A DNA stretch of 40,451 nt from a virus. The DNA is taken from IMG/VR virus record IMGVR_UViG_3300025263_000044; one strand, 5' to 3'. Both the position numbers and the translations under genes were made by a program. Below are positions 1-8,379 of this stretch, piece after piece (within the stretch, counting starts at the first letter, position 1; each line of letters starts with the position of its first letter). Below the pieces are notes generated by a model that was given only the letters and a program-made list of their open reading frames with translations, made no database searches and was not told the origin of the DNA.

Positions 1-786
1 TTCGTTGACCTGGATGGTCGAAACGATGAGCTCGGCCAGCTTGGTGTGGTCGGACATTGGTAGCGCTGCTTCGCCCAGCAAAGCCTTCCAGTTATCCTTG
101 ACGGATTGGTAGCAGGAGCCACTTTCTTCTACCAGCAGGTGGAACACGTGGTAGCTACGGCTGGCCATCGTCAGCAGCTCGGCCGAAGTCAGGTCGCGCT
201 CAATATCGTCGCCGAAGATAGTTTTCACCTGCTCTTTGGTCAGGACCTTGTGCGGGTTTTCGTCGCCAACGGTGAACAGGTAGCCTTTTTTCTGGCGCTT
301 TTCGAAGCAGTCGATGGAGGTATGCCGGGCAGCGAAGTACCAGGCCAGGTGGTAGCTTTCCCCACCATTGGCGCCGCCGTGACCTTCCAGCCAGACTTGG
401 CTCAGCTGCGTTGCAATTCGGATGTCGGCTTCGAATTGCGTCACCTGCAGCGGCGCCTGGTCGGAGTACGCATCGCCCACACCCATGCACATGATGTGCG
501 GGTTTGCCACCGGTCGGCGCTTGAGCAGTTCTTCAACCAGCACGCCCATACCCTTGCGGATTAGCGCGTCCGACAGGATGCCCATCGAGCCCGTTACATC
601 CGAAGCCACGACGATGGCATGCGAATTTGGGCTGTCCGCCGAGTCGCGGGACTCACGCATCGCTACTCCCAGCGGGTTCAGCGTAGGGTGAATTTTGCTC
701 TGGCTGAATACCTGCTGCGTCGATTTCGCGCGGGTATTTGAAGAGAACTGGTTCCAGTCCGAAGAATTCCAATTACCACCACCCAT
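1..786 (-). CDS. vWA-domain protein (runs off left edge of window)
   Basis: Not in the ORF track because it is partial. ATG at 786 with RBS AAGGAG; translates MGGGNWNSSDW...AIVVASDVTGSMG (MIDAS-like DxTGS)...QVTQFEAD...GGANGGESY...LFTVGDE and stays open to position 1. Confidence 0.8.
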   Translation of the reverse strand, partial: MGGGNWNSSDWNQFSSNTRAKSTQQVFSQSKIHPTLNPLGVAMRESRDSADSPNSHAIVVASDVTGSMGILSDALIRKGMGVLVEELLKRRPVANPHIMCMGVGDAYSDQAPLQVTQFEADIRIATQLSQVWLEGHGGANGGESYHLAWYFAARHTSIDCFEKRQKKGYLFTVGDENPHKVLTKEQVKTIFGDDIERDLTSAELLTMASRSYHVFHLLVEESGSCYQSVKDNWKALLGEAALPMSDHTKLAELIVSTIQVNE

Positions 787-796
787 GATTCACTCC

Positions 797-1843
797 TTAA
801 GGATATAGGGTTTCGTGAGTCAGGTTCATTTCCACGAACTTGCGCTCACCAAAAGCGTCAATGAGGACGCGCTCCTGCCACTCGCGGTAGGTGGCCACCG
901 CACTCTGATGAGTGCTCATCTGCAGCCAGTCGACCAGGGCGGGTGGCACCGCCGAATCTTTCGCCAGGCGTACACCCGACGTATCGCCAAGCAGCTCGCG
1001 GCCCAGCGCTTTAATCATTTCCATGTCGGTGCGGCTATCGCCGACCTTCTTTTGCAAAACTTCTGGCGGGGCGCACAGCACCATGCGCTGTGAAGCCGCC
1101 TTCAACGGCTGGCCCAGTCCGGCCGCGAACCACCAGCCGCCCAACAGGCAGGCGCTATGGTGCTTTGGCGAGATAAATACGGAGTCCAAGGCGATTGCGT
1201 TGTGGGCCACCTTGCCTTGCAGCTCCAGGTAGCAGGCGATGTTGAGCAGCCGGCTGATGACCCAGGCCGCATGCCGCGCAGGCATCTTGCCTTTGTAATA
1301 ACTTAGTACATCTTGCAGGAGCAACACGTCTGGCGTCTTGGTCACAACCAGGAGCGCGCCGGTAGGAGTTTCAATCTTCTTGGCGATGGACGGGAAATAG
1401 CGTGAGAACTCGGCACGCATCGCGTCATTTGCGTAGGAGAGGGCGCCCAGTTGGAGCTCAGCTTGCGCCAGCAAGTCAAGGTTGTCGCGTGGGATGTCAA
1501 ACCCTACAGCTGTACGGCTCACATACATGGTCCCGACATCGAGCGCCATCTTGCTCGAATAACGCAATTCGAAATTGGCGCCGGCAGTGCTGGTAATACG
1601 AAGAAGGCCTGGGGTCTCCCAGTTACCGTTCTCAATCTTCTTCTCGGCGGCCGATAGTAACGCACCAACGCGCTTGAACACTTCACCCGCCAACGGGTCC
1701 TTGTTGCGGTCGGTATGCCACTTCTGAAGCAGCGACCTGGCTACCTTTTTCACCGCAGCGAGGTCCGGGGCTGCGAAAAGGCGCTCGGGCACCAGTTCAG
1801 GGATGGCCAGAATGTCGTCTGCGGTAAGGGTTAGGTGGTCCAT
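797..1843 (-). CDS. J-domain-like plus degenerate Ser/Thr kinase-like fusion protein
   Basis: N-terminus has LLQKWHTDRN (J-domain HPD variant). C-terminus has a kinase-like core with degenerate catalytic motifs (VAHNAIALDSVFI, LLGGWWF). Lies 10 bp upstream of the vWA gene on the same strand. Confidence 0.65.
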   Translation of the reverse strand: MDHLTLTADDILAIPELVPERLFAAPDLAAVKKVARSLLQKWHTDRNKDPLAGEVFKRVGALLSAAEKKIENGNWETPGLLRITSTAGANFELRYSSKMALDVGTMYVSRTAVGFDIPRDNLDLLAQAELQLGALSYANDAMRAEFSRYFPSIAKKIETPTGALLVVTKTPDVLLLQDVLSYYKGKMPARHAAWVISRLLNIACYLELQGKVAHNAIALDSVFISPKHHSACLLGGWWFAAGLGQPLKAASQRMVLCAPPEVLQKKVGDSRTDMEMIKALGRELLGDTSGVRLAKDSAVPPALVDWLQMSTHQSAVATYREWQERVLIDAFGERKFVEMNLTHETLYP

Positions 1844-1941
1844 TATTTATTTCTTAGTTGCGATTTACGAATAAGTATAGGAGCGCGGGGCCGGCAATGC
1901 AAGGAATTTCGTTTCAGTAACTAAGGAGCATTACCTGAGCT

Positions 1942-1969
1942 TTGCATTATACATCTTCTACGGTATACT
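1942..1969 (+). promoter_or_regulatory. sigma70-type promoter
   Basis: TTGCAT-16 bp-TATACT upstream of the RBS and GTG at 1986. Confidence 0.55.
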
Positions 1970-1985
1970 AGCCACAGGAGATTTT

Positions 1986-2513
1986 GTGCGAACTTTCGAA
2001 CCCATGGCCGCTGCTGCTCGAGCTATCCAGCTTGCGCGCGCAGGGCAGAGCCCTTCATTTGACGACGGACCGGTCGGCGACATCGAGCGCGATGCGCTGG
2101 CCGAAGGCATTCCATTGTGGCTCGAAGCTAAGGCGGGAACCTTGTACCTGGCTGCGAATGCCTCCTGGCCCGGACTATTCAAGATTGGCTGTACACGGAA
2201 ATCCGTCGAAGCTCGAATGCGCCAGTTGAGTGGCGCCGGCGTCGCAACACCATGGATTCCATACCATTCGTGGCCGTTGCACGATGCACATGGCCTTGAG
2301 GCTCAAGCACACAGGGCGTGTGGTGGCTGGCGAATGAAGGGGGAGTTGTTCCACGCGCCGGCCGAAGTGTTGAAGCAAGCCATTGACACGGTGATTGCTC
2401 GCGACCGCCAGCTGCTTGCCCACAATTTGTCGAATTTCCTGCCTAATTCCTTTGATACTTCTCCAGCCGAGCCGCACATCCCCGGCAATGCACTTTTGGC
2501 AGCTCCATGCTGA
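1986..2513 (+). CDS. T5orf172/MUG113-type GIY-YIG domain protein
   Basis: LYLAAN..WPGLFKIGCTRKSVEARMRQL..GVATP..LEAQAH..GELF pattern; RBS ACAGGAG. Confidence 0.75.
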   Translation: MRTFEPMAAAARAIQLARAGQSPSFDDGPVGDIERDALAEGIPLWLEAKAGTLYLAANASWPGLFKIGCTRKSVEARMRQLSGAGVATPWIPYHSWPLHDAHGLEAQAHRACGGWRMKGELFHAPAEVLKQAIDTVIARDRQLLAHNLSNFLPNSFDTSPAEPHIPGNALLAAPC

Positions 2514-2558
2514 TTACCTATACCCCTTTAGGCAAAAATTCATTTATAGGAGCTATCC

Positions 2559-4328
2559 ATGGAAACTAAAGTCCCAGCAGGGGAGCCTGCACTGCGCCTC
2601 CAAGCGCATTCCGAGTACAGCTATGTCCCGCGCACCAAAGAAAACGCCGCTGCCGCTGGCGCCGACGTAACTGTCGCGTTTGCAGCTGATTTCACTACCG
2701 CGGGCGAGCGGCTTACCAAGAACGCGGCCGGTAACCGCTACATTGGCATTCCTTTCGGGAGCGATGTTGAAGCTGCCGCAGGCACCCTTTGTTCGTTCAT
2801 CATTGCGAAAAAAGGGAATACGCTCAACGTAGCCGGCAACGGCATCTACACGATGGCCGAGCACGGCGTAAGCCAGGCACGGTGCAATAAATGGGTGTAC
2901 GACGTTCTGGCACGCGTAACCGCACTGGTGAAGCTCACGCTCATCCGGAGCGGCGGGCAAACCGGGATTGACCAAGCTGGCCTGGTCGCCGCGCTGGCGC
3001 TGGGTATCCCCGCCTTGGGGCACTACCCAGCTCGATTCCGTCGACGCAACGAGAAAGGCATCGAATTCACTTCCACGTCGGAGGCAATTCGTGCTGAACT
3101 TGAAGGTCAGGTAATGGCACTGAAGGAGCCAGAAGGCTACACTTTCCACGTTGACGGCACACTGCCGACGGCGCTGGACGGTGAAATCTTCGTCTTCGGG
3201 TCGAACCTGGCCGGCCGACACGGTAAGGGCGCCGCTTTGGTGGCGCGCGAGCAGTTCGGCGCGCTAGAAGGTGTTGGCCCAGGTCGCCAGGGTCAGAGCT
3301 ATGGCATTCCTACCAAGGATGGCCGTCCGCTCCCTGGTATCCCGAAGCCTTCATTCAATGACCCCAAGCAGACCCTGTCGCTGGAAGCTATCAAACCGTT
3401 CATCGCAGAGTTCCTCGCTTATGCGACGGCGCATCCAGGCGAACGCTTCTTCGTTACCCGCGTAGGCTGTGGCCTTGCCGGATTCGATGATGCTGACGTG
3501 GCCCCACTATTCCTGTCGGCACCAGCCAACTGCAACTTTCCTGAAGCATGGAAGAAGTGGTTGGGTGAGGCTCCGCAAGAGCTGGCTGTTGCGAAAGCAG
3601 CCAACATCTGGAGCGGTGCTTCTGGACTTCCTGGCGCCCTGACAAACATGTCGGAGCGTGCTCGGGAGAAGGGATGCATCAAGAACGCCTACCCAGTGAA
3701 GGTCAATGGTGTGGTGTACCCGGATTCGGAGGCGGCTTACCAGACGCTGAAGGTGAAGGGAAACGATGACTACAACGACTGCCTGATGGTTGACCTCATC
3801 GCGCTGAAGTTCATCCAAAACCGCATCCTGTTTGACCGTGTCACCCAAAACGGCGGCGTGCTGTGGCTGGAGAAGTGCAGTCACTTTACCCAGGCACAGT
3901 CTGAGCGGTTCCAAGCCTGGGAAGGTCAGGGCCGCGGGTCTCGGTTCATCCGAAACCTCATCGACGGGTATGTAAAGGCGAAAACTGGCGTTGGTCCCCG
4001 GACTCACGTTGTTCACGTCAAGCAGGCTCCGTACGACGAGTACATCGGCCGGCGGATGAGTGCTGACTTCCCAGAGTCGGTACTGCACAATCCTTACAAG
4101 TCCAGTGAAGTAGGTTCCGTTGAGAAAGCAGTCGAGCTGTTTTATGCGCGGCTGACGTCCAGTCCTGAGCTGATGGCCAAGGCTCGTGCACTAAAAGGCC
4201 GGACTATCGGTTGCTGGTGCAAGGACCGCAGTGATGTTGCTCAGCTGTGCCACGGTGACGTAATTGCCGCAGTCGCTGAAGGTCGCGAGTGGGTTGCCCC
4301 AAAAGCAATTCAAGCTGAGCTGTTCTGA
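2559..4328 (+). CDS. Multidomain protein: SLOG (YpsA/MoCo-carrier-like) + A1S_2505-type macro-like + NADAR-like + DUF4326
   Basis: YVPRTKEN, LNVAGN and RSGGQTGID (SLOG); EIFVFGSNLAGRHGKGAA..SYGIPTK..FVTRVGCGLAG; YPVKVNGVVYPDSEAAYQ (NADAR-like); YIGR..NPY..LKGRTIGCWCK..CHGDVI (DUF4326). Confidence 0.7.
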   Translation: METKVPAGEPALRLQAHSEYSYVPRTKENAAAAGADVTVAFAADFTTAGERLTKNAAGNRYIGIPFGSDVEAAAGTLCSFIIAKKGNTLNVAGNGIYTMAEHGVSQARCNKWVYDVLARVTALVKLTLIRSGGQTGIDQAGLVAALALGIPALGHYPARFRRRNEKGIEFTSTSEAIRAELEGQVMALKEPEGYTFHVDGTLPTALDGEIFVFGSNLAGRHGKGAALVAREQFGALEGVGPGRQGQSYGIPTKDGRPLPGIPKPSFNDPKQTLSLEAIKPFIAEFLAYATAHPGERFFVTRVGCGLAGFDDADVAPLFLSAPANCNFPEAWKKWLGEAPQELAVAKAANIWSGASGLPGALTNMSERAREKGCIKNAYPVKVNGVVYPDSEAAYQTLKVKGNDDYNDCLMVDLIALKFIQNRILFDRVTQNGGVLWLEKCSHFTQAQSERFQAWEGQGRGSRFIRNLIDGYVKAKTGVGPRTHVVHVKQAPYDEYIGRRMSADFPESVLHNPYKSSEVGSVEKAVELFYARLTSSPELMAKARALKGRTIGCWCKDRSDVAQLCHGDVIAAVAEGREWVAPKAIQAELF

Positions 4329-4356
4329 CGTAATTCATGGGCAATTGCCCACTCTA

Positions 4357-4390
4357 AGCCCTTGTCTTTCGACAGGGGCTTTTTCTTTTT
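4357..4390 (+). terminator. Rho-independent terminator
   Basis: AGCCCTTGTC-TTTC-GACAGGGGCT followed by a T-tract. Confidence 0.8.
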
Positions 4391-4445
4391 GTGGCATTTC
4401 ATGGTATACTAAGCGGCGTTACTACTATATTTGCAAGGAACTCTT

Positions 4446-4925
4446 ATGCGCACTTCGTCGCCAATCGACGCGGTGGCTAATGCCATCAATCACGCGGCAC
4501 TCGTCGCGCTGCCCGATATTACCTATCTCAAGAATGACCATGCCGCTCTGCGGCGCTTGACTGCAGCCGAGCGCATGGCCGCCATGAGCAGTGACTCCCG
4601 ACCTCAGGTAGAAGCAAAACGCCGGCCGGAGTTGGGCGAGTGCGAAGTGTACGCGATGTTCATGCAAATCTGGGGCTCTACGGCCCTGGGATTCGGAGGC
4701 CTGGGTGGCGCGGCTATGACCAGTGCGTATACCGTCATTGTACAGGGGCCAAGTGCGCATCTTGCGGTGTACTGGTCAGGCCGACTGGCCTACGTCATTG
4801 ACACGAAAGCTCAGACGGATGAACAGCGGGAAGCCTTCCTCTCTGACGTACAGAATCGCCATACCTGCAGCGCGATGGCAGCGGGAGAGCGCTACGGCGC
4901 CATGAAGCCGTCACCACAGAAGTAA
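4446..4925 (+). CDS. Hypothetical protein
   Basis: ATG at 4446 with AAGGA RBS; TGGTATACT -10 element upstream; FMQIWGSTALGFGG motif. Confidence 0.65.
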   Translation: MRTSSPIDAVANAINHAALVALPDITYLKNDHAALRRLTAAERMAAMSSDSRPQVEAKRRPELGECEVYAMFMQIWGSTALGFGGLGGAAMTSAYTVIVQGPSAHLAVYWSGRLAYVIDTKAQTDEQREAFLSDVQNRHTCSAMAAGERYGAMKPSPQK

Positions 4926-5046
4926 TCGCAAGACCAAGCAGCATTCGCAACCAGGAATTGCACAATCGTCCTTTCTCCCTATACGGATTCGTTGGAAAAA
5001 TCAACTGTCGGCCTCGAGCCGCCCTTATAGGAAAGGAAATACACAA

Positions 5047-5286
5047 ATGACAATTCTGATTAGTGACCGTTCGGCTCGCACCAGCGTACTGCTGGCCGCG
5101 GCGATGTTGATGTCGGTGAAGTCTCCAGTAGCAGCCGCTGCAGAAGGCAAACCGCTCGTGCTCAGCACCGTGGAGCGCTTTGACGTTGATGCGGCGCCGT
5201 GGGCGTTGGATTACGACGAGCGCCGGACAGCGGTTAGCTACGGCCCGCCCAAGCGCGGCAAAAAAGGCAAGGTTCTCCGCTGGTAG
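5047..5286 (+). CDS. Small hypothetical protein with basic C-terminus
   Basis: Strong RBS (AAAGGAAAT); ends KRGKKGKVLRW; first gene of a + strand operon. Confidence 0.6.
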   Translation: MTILISDRSARTSVLLAAAMLMSVKSPVAAAAEGKPLVLSTVERFDVDAAPWALDYDERRTAVSYGPPKRGKKGKVLRW

Positions 5287-5303
5287 TTGAGCCTTCACAA
5301 ACA

Positions 5304-5813
5304 ATGACTTCAACTGGACGCAACATGATTGATTTGAATGCCCTGGGTGTGCAGCACTCAGCCTGGGTGGAGCGCATGGGTTGGCACAACACCACGGTGC
5401 TGGAACGCATGGCGTTGATTGCCTCTGAAATTGGGGAGGCGACATTTGAGTGCCAAGGAATCTGTGTTCGAGACCGTTTTGGTGAAGAGCTTGCCGACGT
5501 CATCTTGCGCTGCGTTGACCTGGCACATACCGAGAGGATTGACCTCAATAGCCAAGTTGCGAAGGCGCTCATGAACCTTGAGTGGTTTGGGGAGACCCTT
5601 GAGCAGCAGATGGCCGAAGTTTTCATCGAATGGTCCAAGTGGTGCAACACCGCCCGCAAGGCGGTCTTGGGAGCTGAGTTCAGCGATGGTATGGGCGTGT
5701 TTGTTGCCCGTGTCATCAATGTAGCCGGCAGTCATCGCATCGACCTCTCTCGCGCGATTCAGTTGAAGTTGAAAAAGAACGCAATAAACGGCACTCGCGG
5801 CCGTACTTTCTGA
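5304..5813 (+). CDS. MazG-like nucleotide pyrophosphohydrolase
   Basis: ALIASEIGEA..EELADVILR motifs; C-terminal K.KKN..R. Confidence 0.75.
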   Translation: MTSTGRNMIDLNALGVQHSAWVERMGWHNTTVLERMALIASEIGEATFECQGICVRDRFGEELADVILRCVDLAHTERIDLNSQVAKALMNLEWFGETLEQQMAEVFIEWSKWCNTARKAVLGAEFSDGMGVFVARVINVAGSHRIDLSRAIQLKLKKNAINGTRGRTF

Positions 5814-5824
5814 TAGGAGTAATT

Positions 5825-6478
5825 ATGCAAAAAGTAGTTGGATTGGTCGGGCTGCGTGGCTCCGGCAAGGATACGGCAGCGCAGTTCCTCGTTGCACATG
5901 GCTGGAACCGCATCGCCTTCGCGGATGCGCTGTACCTGGAAGTGGCGAAGGCTTTCGGCGTCACCGTGGAGTTCTTCAATCGTCGGGAGACGAAAGAAAC
6001 CCCACTGCCTGAGCTGGCGCTGAAAAACTGCCAGGACCACCTGTTCGTCGCCGTCATGCTGGCCGATGCTGGCTTGAAGTTGGGTGTCACGGATGGCCGC
6101 AAGGTCTCGGCATTCCTTCGCAAGCCTCGCAGCCCACGTGAAATCATGCAGAAGTGGGGCACCGAATACCGGCGCAACACCTTCCGCGATGACTACTGGC
6201 GTGACCAGGTCCTGAAATACGTGAAGGCGCATCCGGAAAGCAATTTCGTCATCACCGACGTTCGCTTCCCGGATGAGGCGCGCCTGGTGGAAACTCACCT
6301 TCAAGGTCAGCTCGGTCGCATCAACCGCCCCGGCCTGCCTGGGTCGGATGACAAGGCTTTGCTGCACTCATCCGAAGTTGCCATGCTCGATTATCCTATC
6401 GAGCATCAATTCCTCAACGAGGAAGGCGAAGACGGCCTCGGGAAGTTCCGCTCCGCAGTCCTGAAGGCATATCACTAA
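5825..6478 (+). CDS. Deoxynucleoside monophosphate kinase (phage T4 gp1-like)
   Basis: GLRGSGKDT P-loop, FADAL, SPREIMQKWGTE, VITDVRFPDE, HSSE. Confidence 0.88.
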   Translation: MQKVVGLVGLRGSGKDTAAQFLVAHGWNRIAFADALYLEVAKAFGVTVEFFNRRETKETPLPELALKNCQDHLFVAVMLADAGLKLGVTDGRKVSAFLRKPRSPREIMQKWGTEYRRNTFRDDYWRDQVLKYVKAHPESNFVITDVRFPDEARLVETHLQGQLGRINRPGLPGSDDKALLHSSEVAMLDYPIEHQFLNEEGEDGLGKFRSAVLKAYH

Positions 6479-6490
6479 GCATCACCTCTC

Positions 6491-6516
6491 GGCGCCCACA
6501 AGTTGGGCGCTTTTTT
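6491..6516 (+). terminator. Rho-independent terminator
   Basis: GGCGCCCA-CAAGT-TGGGCGCT followed by TTTTT. Confidence 0.75.
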
Positions 6517-6526
6517 CATCCAAAAC

Positions 6527-6555
6527 TTGCACAAATGCAGGCTTATCAGTATACT
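6527..6555 (+). promoter_or_regulatory. sigma70-type promoter
   Basis: TTGCAC-17 bp-TATACT. Confidence 0.55.
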
Positions 6556-6584
6556 AAACCATACGAACTGTAAGCCTTTAACCC

Positions 6585-6992
6585 ATGCTGCATCTTTCCG
6601 CAAATAACCACCGAAATCACGCTGCATTTTTGGCAGCGCAAAACCCATCTCCCTTGCTTGAAGCGGTTCGAGCCTTGCCTTGCTGGCCAAAATTTCCTTA
6701 CCGCGCTGTCGAAGTATCGCTGCCTGATGGCAGCAGCTTCCGTCTGCGCGCGCCGGACCTGGCCTTCAAAGCTATCGGATTCATCAGCCCGCCGGGAGCG
6801 GAGCCAATGCACCACCTGGTGGAGCAAGTGATTCCACTCGTTCAGGAGAGTCCTGAGTTTTTGCTGGAGATTGCATCCCGGCTTTCTTGGCCTGAGGCCC
6901 GCGCACTGGCGTGTGAGGCCTTTTGGCGGTCTCCTTGCGCGATGTTGGCCCGTCCGTTCAAACACCAGGCCCGCATGAGCCTACGCGCTTAA
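6585..6992 (+). CDS. Hypothetical protein
   Basis: 135-aa ORF downstream of a promoter; RBS is weak. Confidence 0.45.
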   Translation: MLHLSANNHRNHAAFLAAQNPSPLLEAVRALPCWPKFPYRAVEVSLPDGSSFRLRAPDLAFKAIGFISPPGAEPMHHLVEQVIPLVQESPEFLLEIASRLSWPEARALACEAFWRSPCAMLARPFKHQARMSLRA

Positions 6993-7032
6993 CTGTATTT
7001 AGCACCACGGCCGGAAACTTCACTGAATCCAC

Positions 7033-7061
7033 TTGACGTTAACTTAACTCGTGCGTATAAT
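7033..7061 (+). promoter_or_regulatory. Near-consensus sigma70 promoter
   Basis: TTGACG-17 bp-TATAAT. Confidence 0.8.
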
Positions 7062-7067
7062 GTGAAT

Positions 7068-7188
7068 CATGCTTTTGGTAGTTCTGTTTGTTTCCTCCGT
7101 GGTCGGCAACGACCGGGTCAATTGGATTGAGCGTAGCTCTCCTTGAGACTTTTCGCCCGATGAGCTTTTGTTCATCGGGCTTTTTTTT
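7068..7188 (+). ncRNA. Candidate ~120-nt small RNA (or leaderless 25-aa micropeptide mRNA)
   Basis: Bounded by a strong promoter and terminator; CU-rich anti-SD-like motifs TTCCTCC and CTCTCCTT; hairpin GGTCG-GCAA-CGACC. Confidence 0.6.
7155..7188 (+). terminator. Rho-independent terminator
   Basis: GCCCGATGAG-CTTTTG-TTCATCGGGC followed by T8; the convergent HU gene ends at 7198. Confidence 0.85.
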
Positions 7189-7197
7189 GCCTAGAGT

Positions 7198-7476
7198 TTA
7201 GCTGCCCTTCACCTTAGCTTTGAGCGCGCTGCCGGCGGTAAACTTCGGCAGGGTCGACGCTTCAATCGCAATGGACTCCCCAGTTTGAGGATGGCGGCCG
7301 GTACGTGCGGCGCGCTTCGACGTCGCAAACGTACCGAACCCAACGAAGGTCACCGACTCGCCGCCGGCGACGGCATCGCCAATCGACTCCAACAACGAAT
7401 CCACCACGCTACCGACAACCTTCTGCGATTGGCCAGTTTTCTCTGCGATTTGCGCTACCAGCTCAGTCTTATGCAT
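7198..7476 (-). CDS. hup: HU family DNA-binding protein
   Basis: MHKTELV..GFGTF..RAARTGRHPQTGE..PKFTAG..LK; RBS AAGGAG. Confidence 0.93.
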   Translation of the reverse strand: MHKTELVAQIAEKTGQSQKVVGSVVDSLLESIGDAVAGGESVTFVGFGTFATSKRAARTGRHPQTGESIAIEASTLPKFTAGSALKAKVKGS

Positions 7477-7728
7477 AAATTTCTCCTTTGAATACTGTGC
7501 ATATTAAGCAGTTGAATCTGCCCAGCACAAATATCACGAATCTATGCGCTATACAAGAGTGCAGCTGACGTCGCTGTGCTTCTTGAGAGGAAATATCTAT
7601 GAATGACCTGGTGAACGACTTTGTGGCCAACTACGAACGTCACGAACAAAACATTGACACCTATGAGGTGGTCGACGTTGGTGAGCCCGACGACGACGCC
7701 GAGCCAGACGAATAAGCAAATGCGCTCC

Positions 7729-7759
7729 AAACCCTTCAAGTCATCTTGAAGGGTTTTTT
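7729..7759. terminator. Intrinsic terminator hairpin
   Basis: AAACCCTTCAAG-TCAT-CTTGAAGGGTTT followed by TTT. Confidence 0.65.
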
Positions 7760-7781
7760 CTTTAGCTCATGACTTTGCGTA

Positions 7782-8231
7782 TCAGCAGTTGAAGCGGGCC
7801 GAGCAGCTGCGGATTAGCTCCTCAGCATCGGCCGGCAGGCCGGGCCCCAGCCTGGCCACCCGCGCGCGTAGCGCGTCGAGCGACCTTGGCGCGATACCTT
7901 CCTCGAGAAGCGGAGCAAACCGCACACGCGCGCCCATCAAATGCAGCTCATCGAAGTTGCCCATCGAATCCAGCTCAAACCAGGCAATATCCGTGATGTC
8001 GCAGTCGAGTGTCTGACACACGGCCTCCGCATATTTCTCGGCGCCATTCGTCACCGATACACCAGGGTTCCAGGGATGGTCCGCCAGCACACACCACCCA
8101 AGGCCTTGATACCTTACGACGATGGCCGTCACTCCTGGTTGCCCGGTTTGCTCTCCCGTAATCGCGACGTTGTATTGCACCGCTGCGCCCATATTCGGCT
8201 GTAGCAGATGTATCGAAAGCACTGAAGCCAA
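7782..8231 (-). CDS. Hypothetical protein (start uncertain)
   Basis: 149-aa ORF with AGGAGG upstream; NPGVSVTNGAE motif. Confidence 0.55.
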   Translation of the reverse strand: MASVLSIHLLQPNMGAAVQYNVAITGEQTGQPGVTAIVVRYQGLGWCVLADHPWNPGVSVTNGAEKYAEAVCQTLDCDITDIAWFELDSMGNFDELHLMGARVRFAPLLEEGIAPRSLDALRARVARLGPGLPADAEELIRSCSARFNC

Positions 8232-8379
8232 TCATCCTCCTAAAACAACTGTGGCTGCGCGCAGGATTTGGGTATTTCTACCCTATACATCCTCGCAGGC
8301 AATATTTTCGTGAATGCGCGGTTACATAGAAGGCATTAGCCCTCGATGTCTGCCCGCGCGCTAAATTATGGAGTTAATC

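Noticed and set aside
106-691. ORF-track calls at the left edge
   Set aside because: They overlap the partial vWA gene (1-786, minus strand), which has an RBS and motifs.
7542-7739. 65-aa hydrophobic minus-strand ORF
   Set aside because: Its TTG start lies inside a terminator hairpin with no RBS; possible but unsupported.
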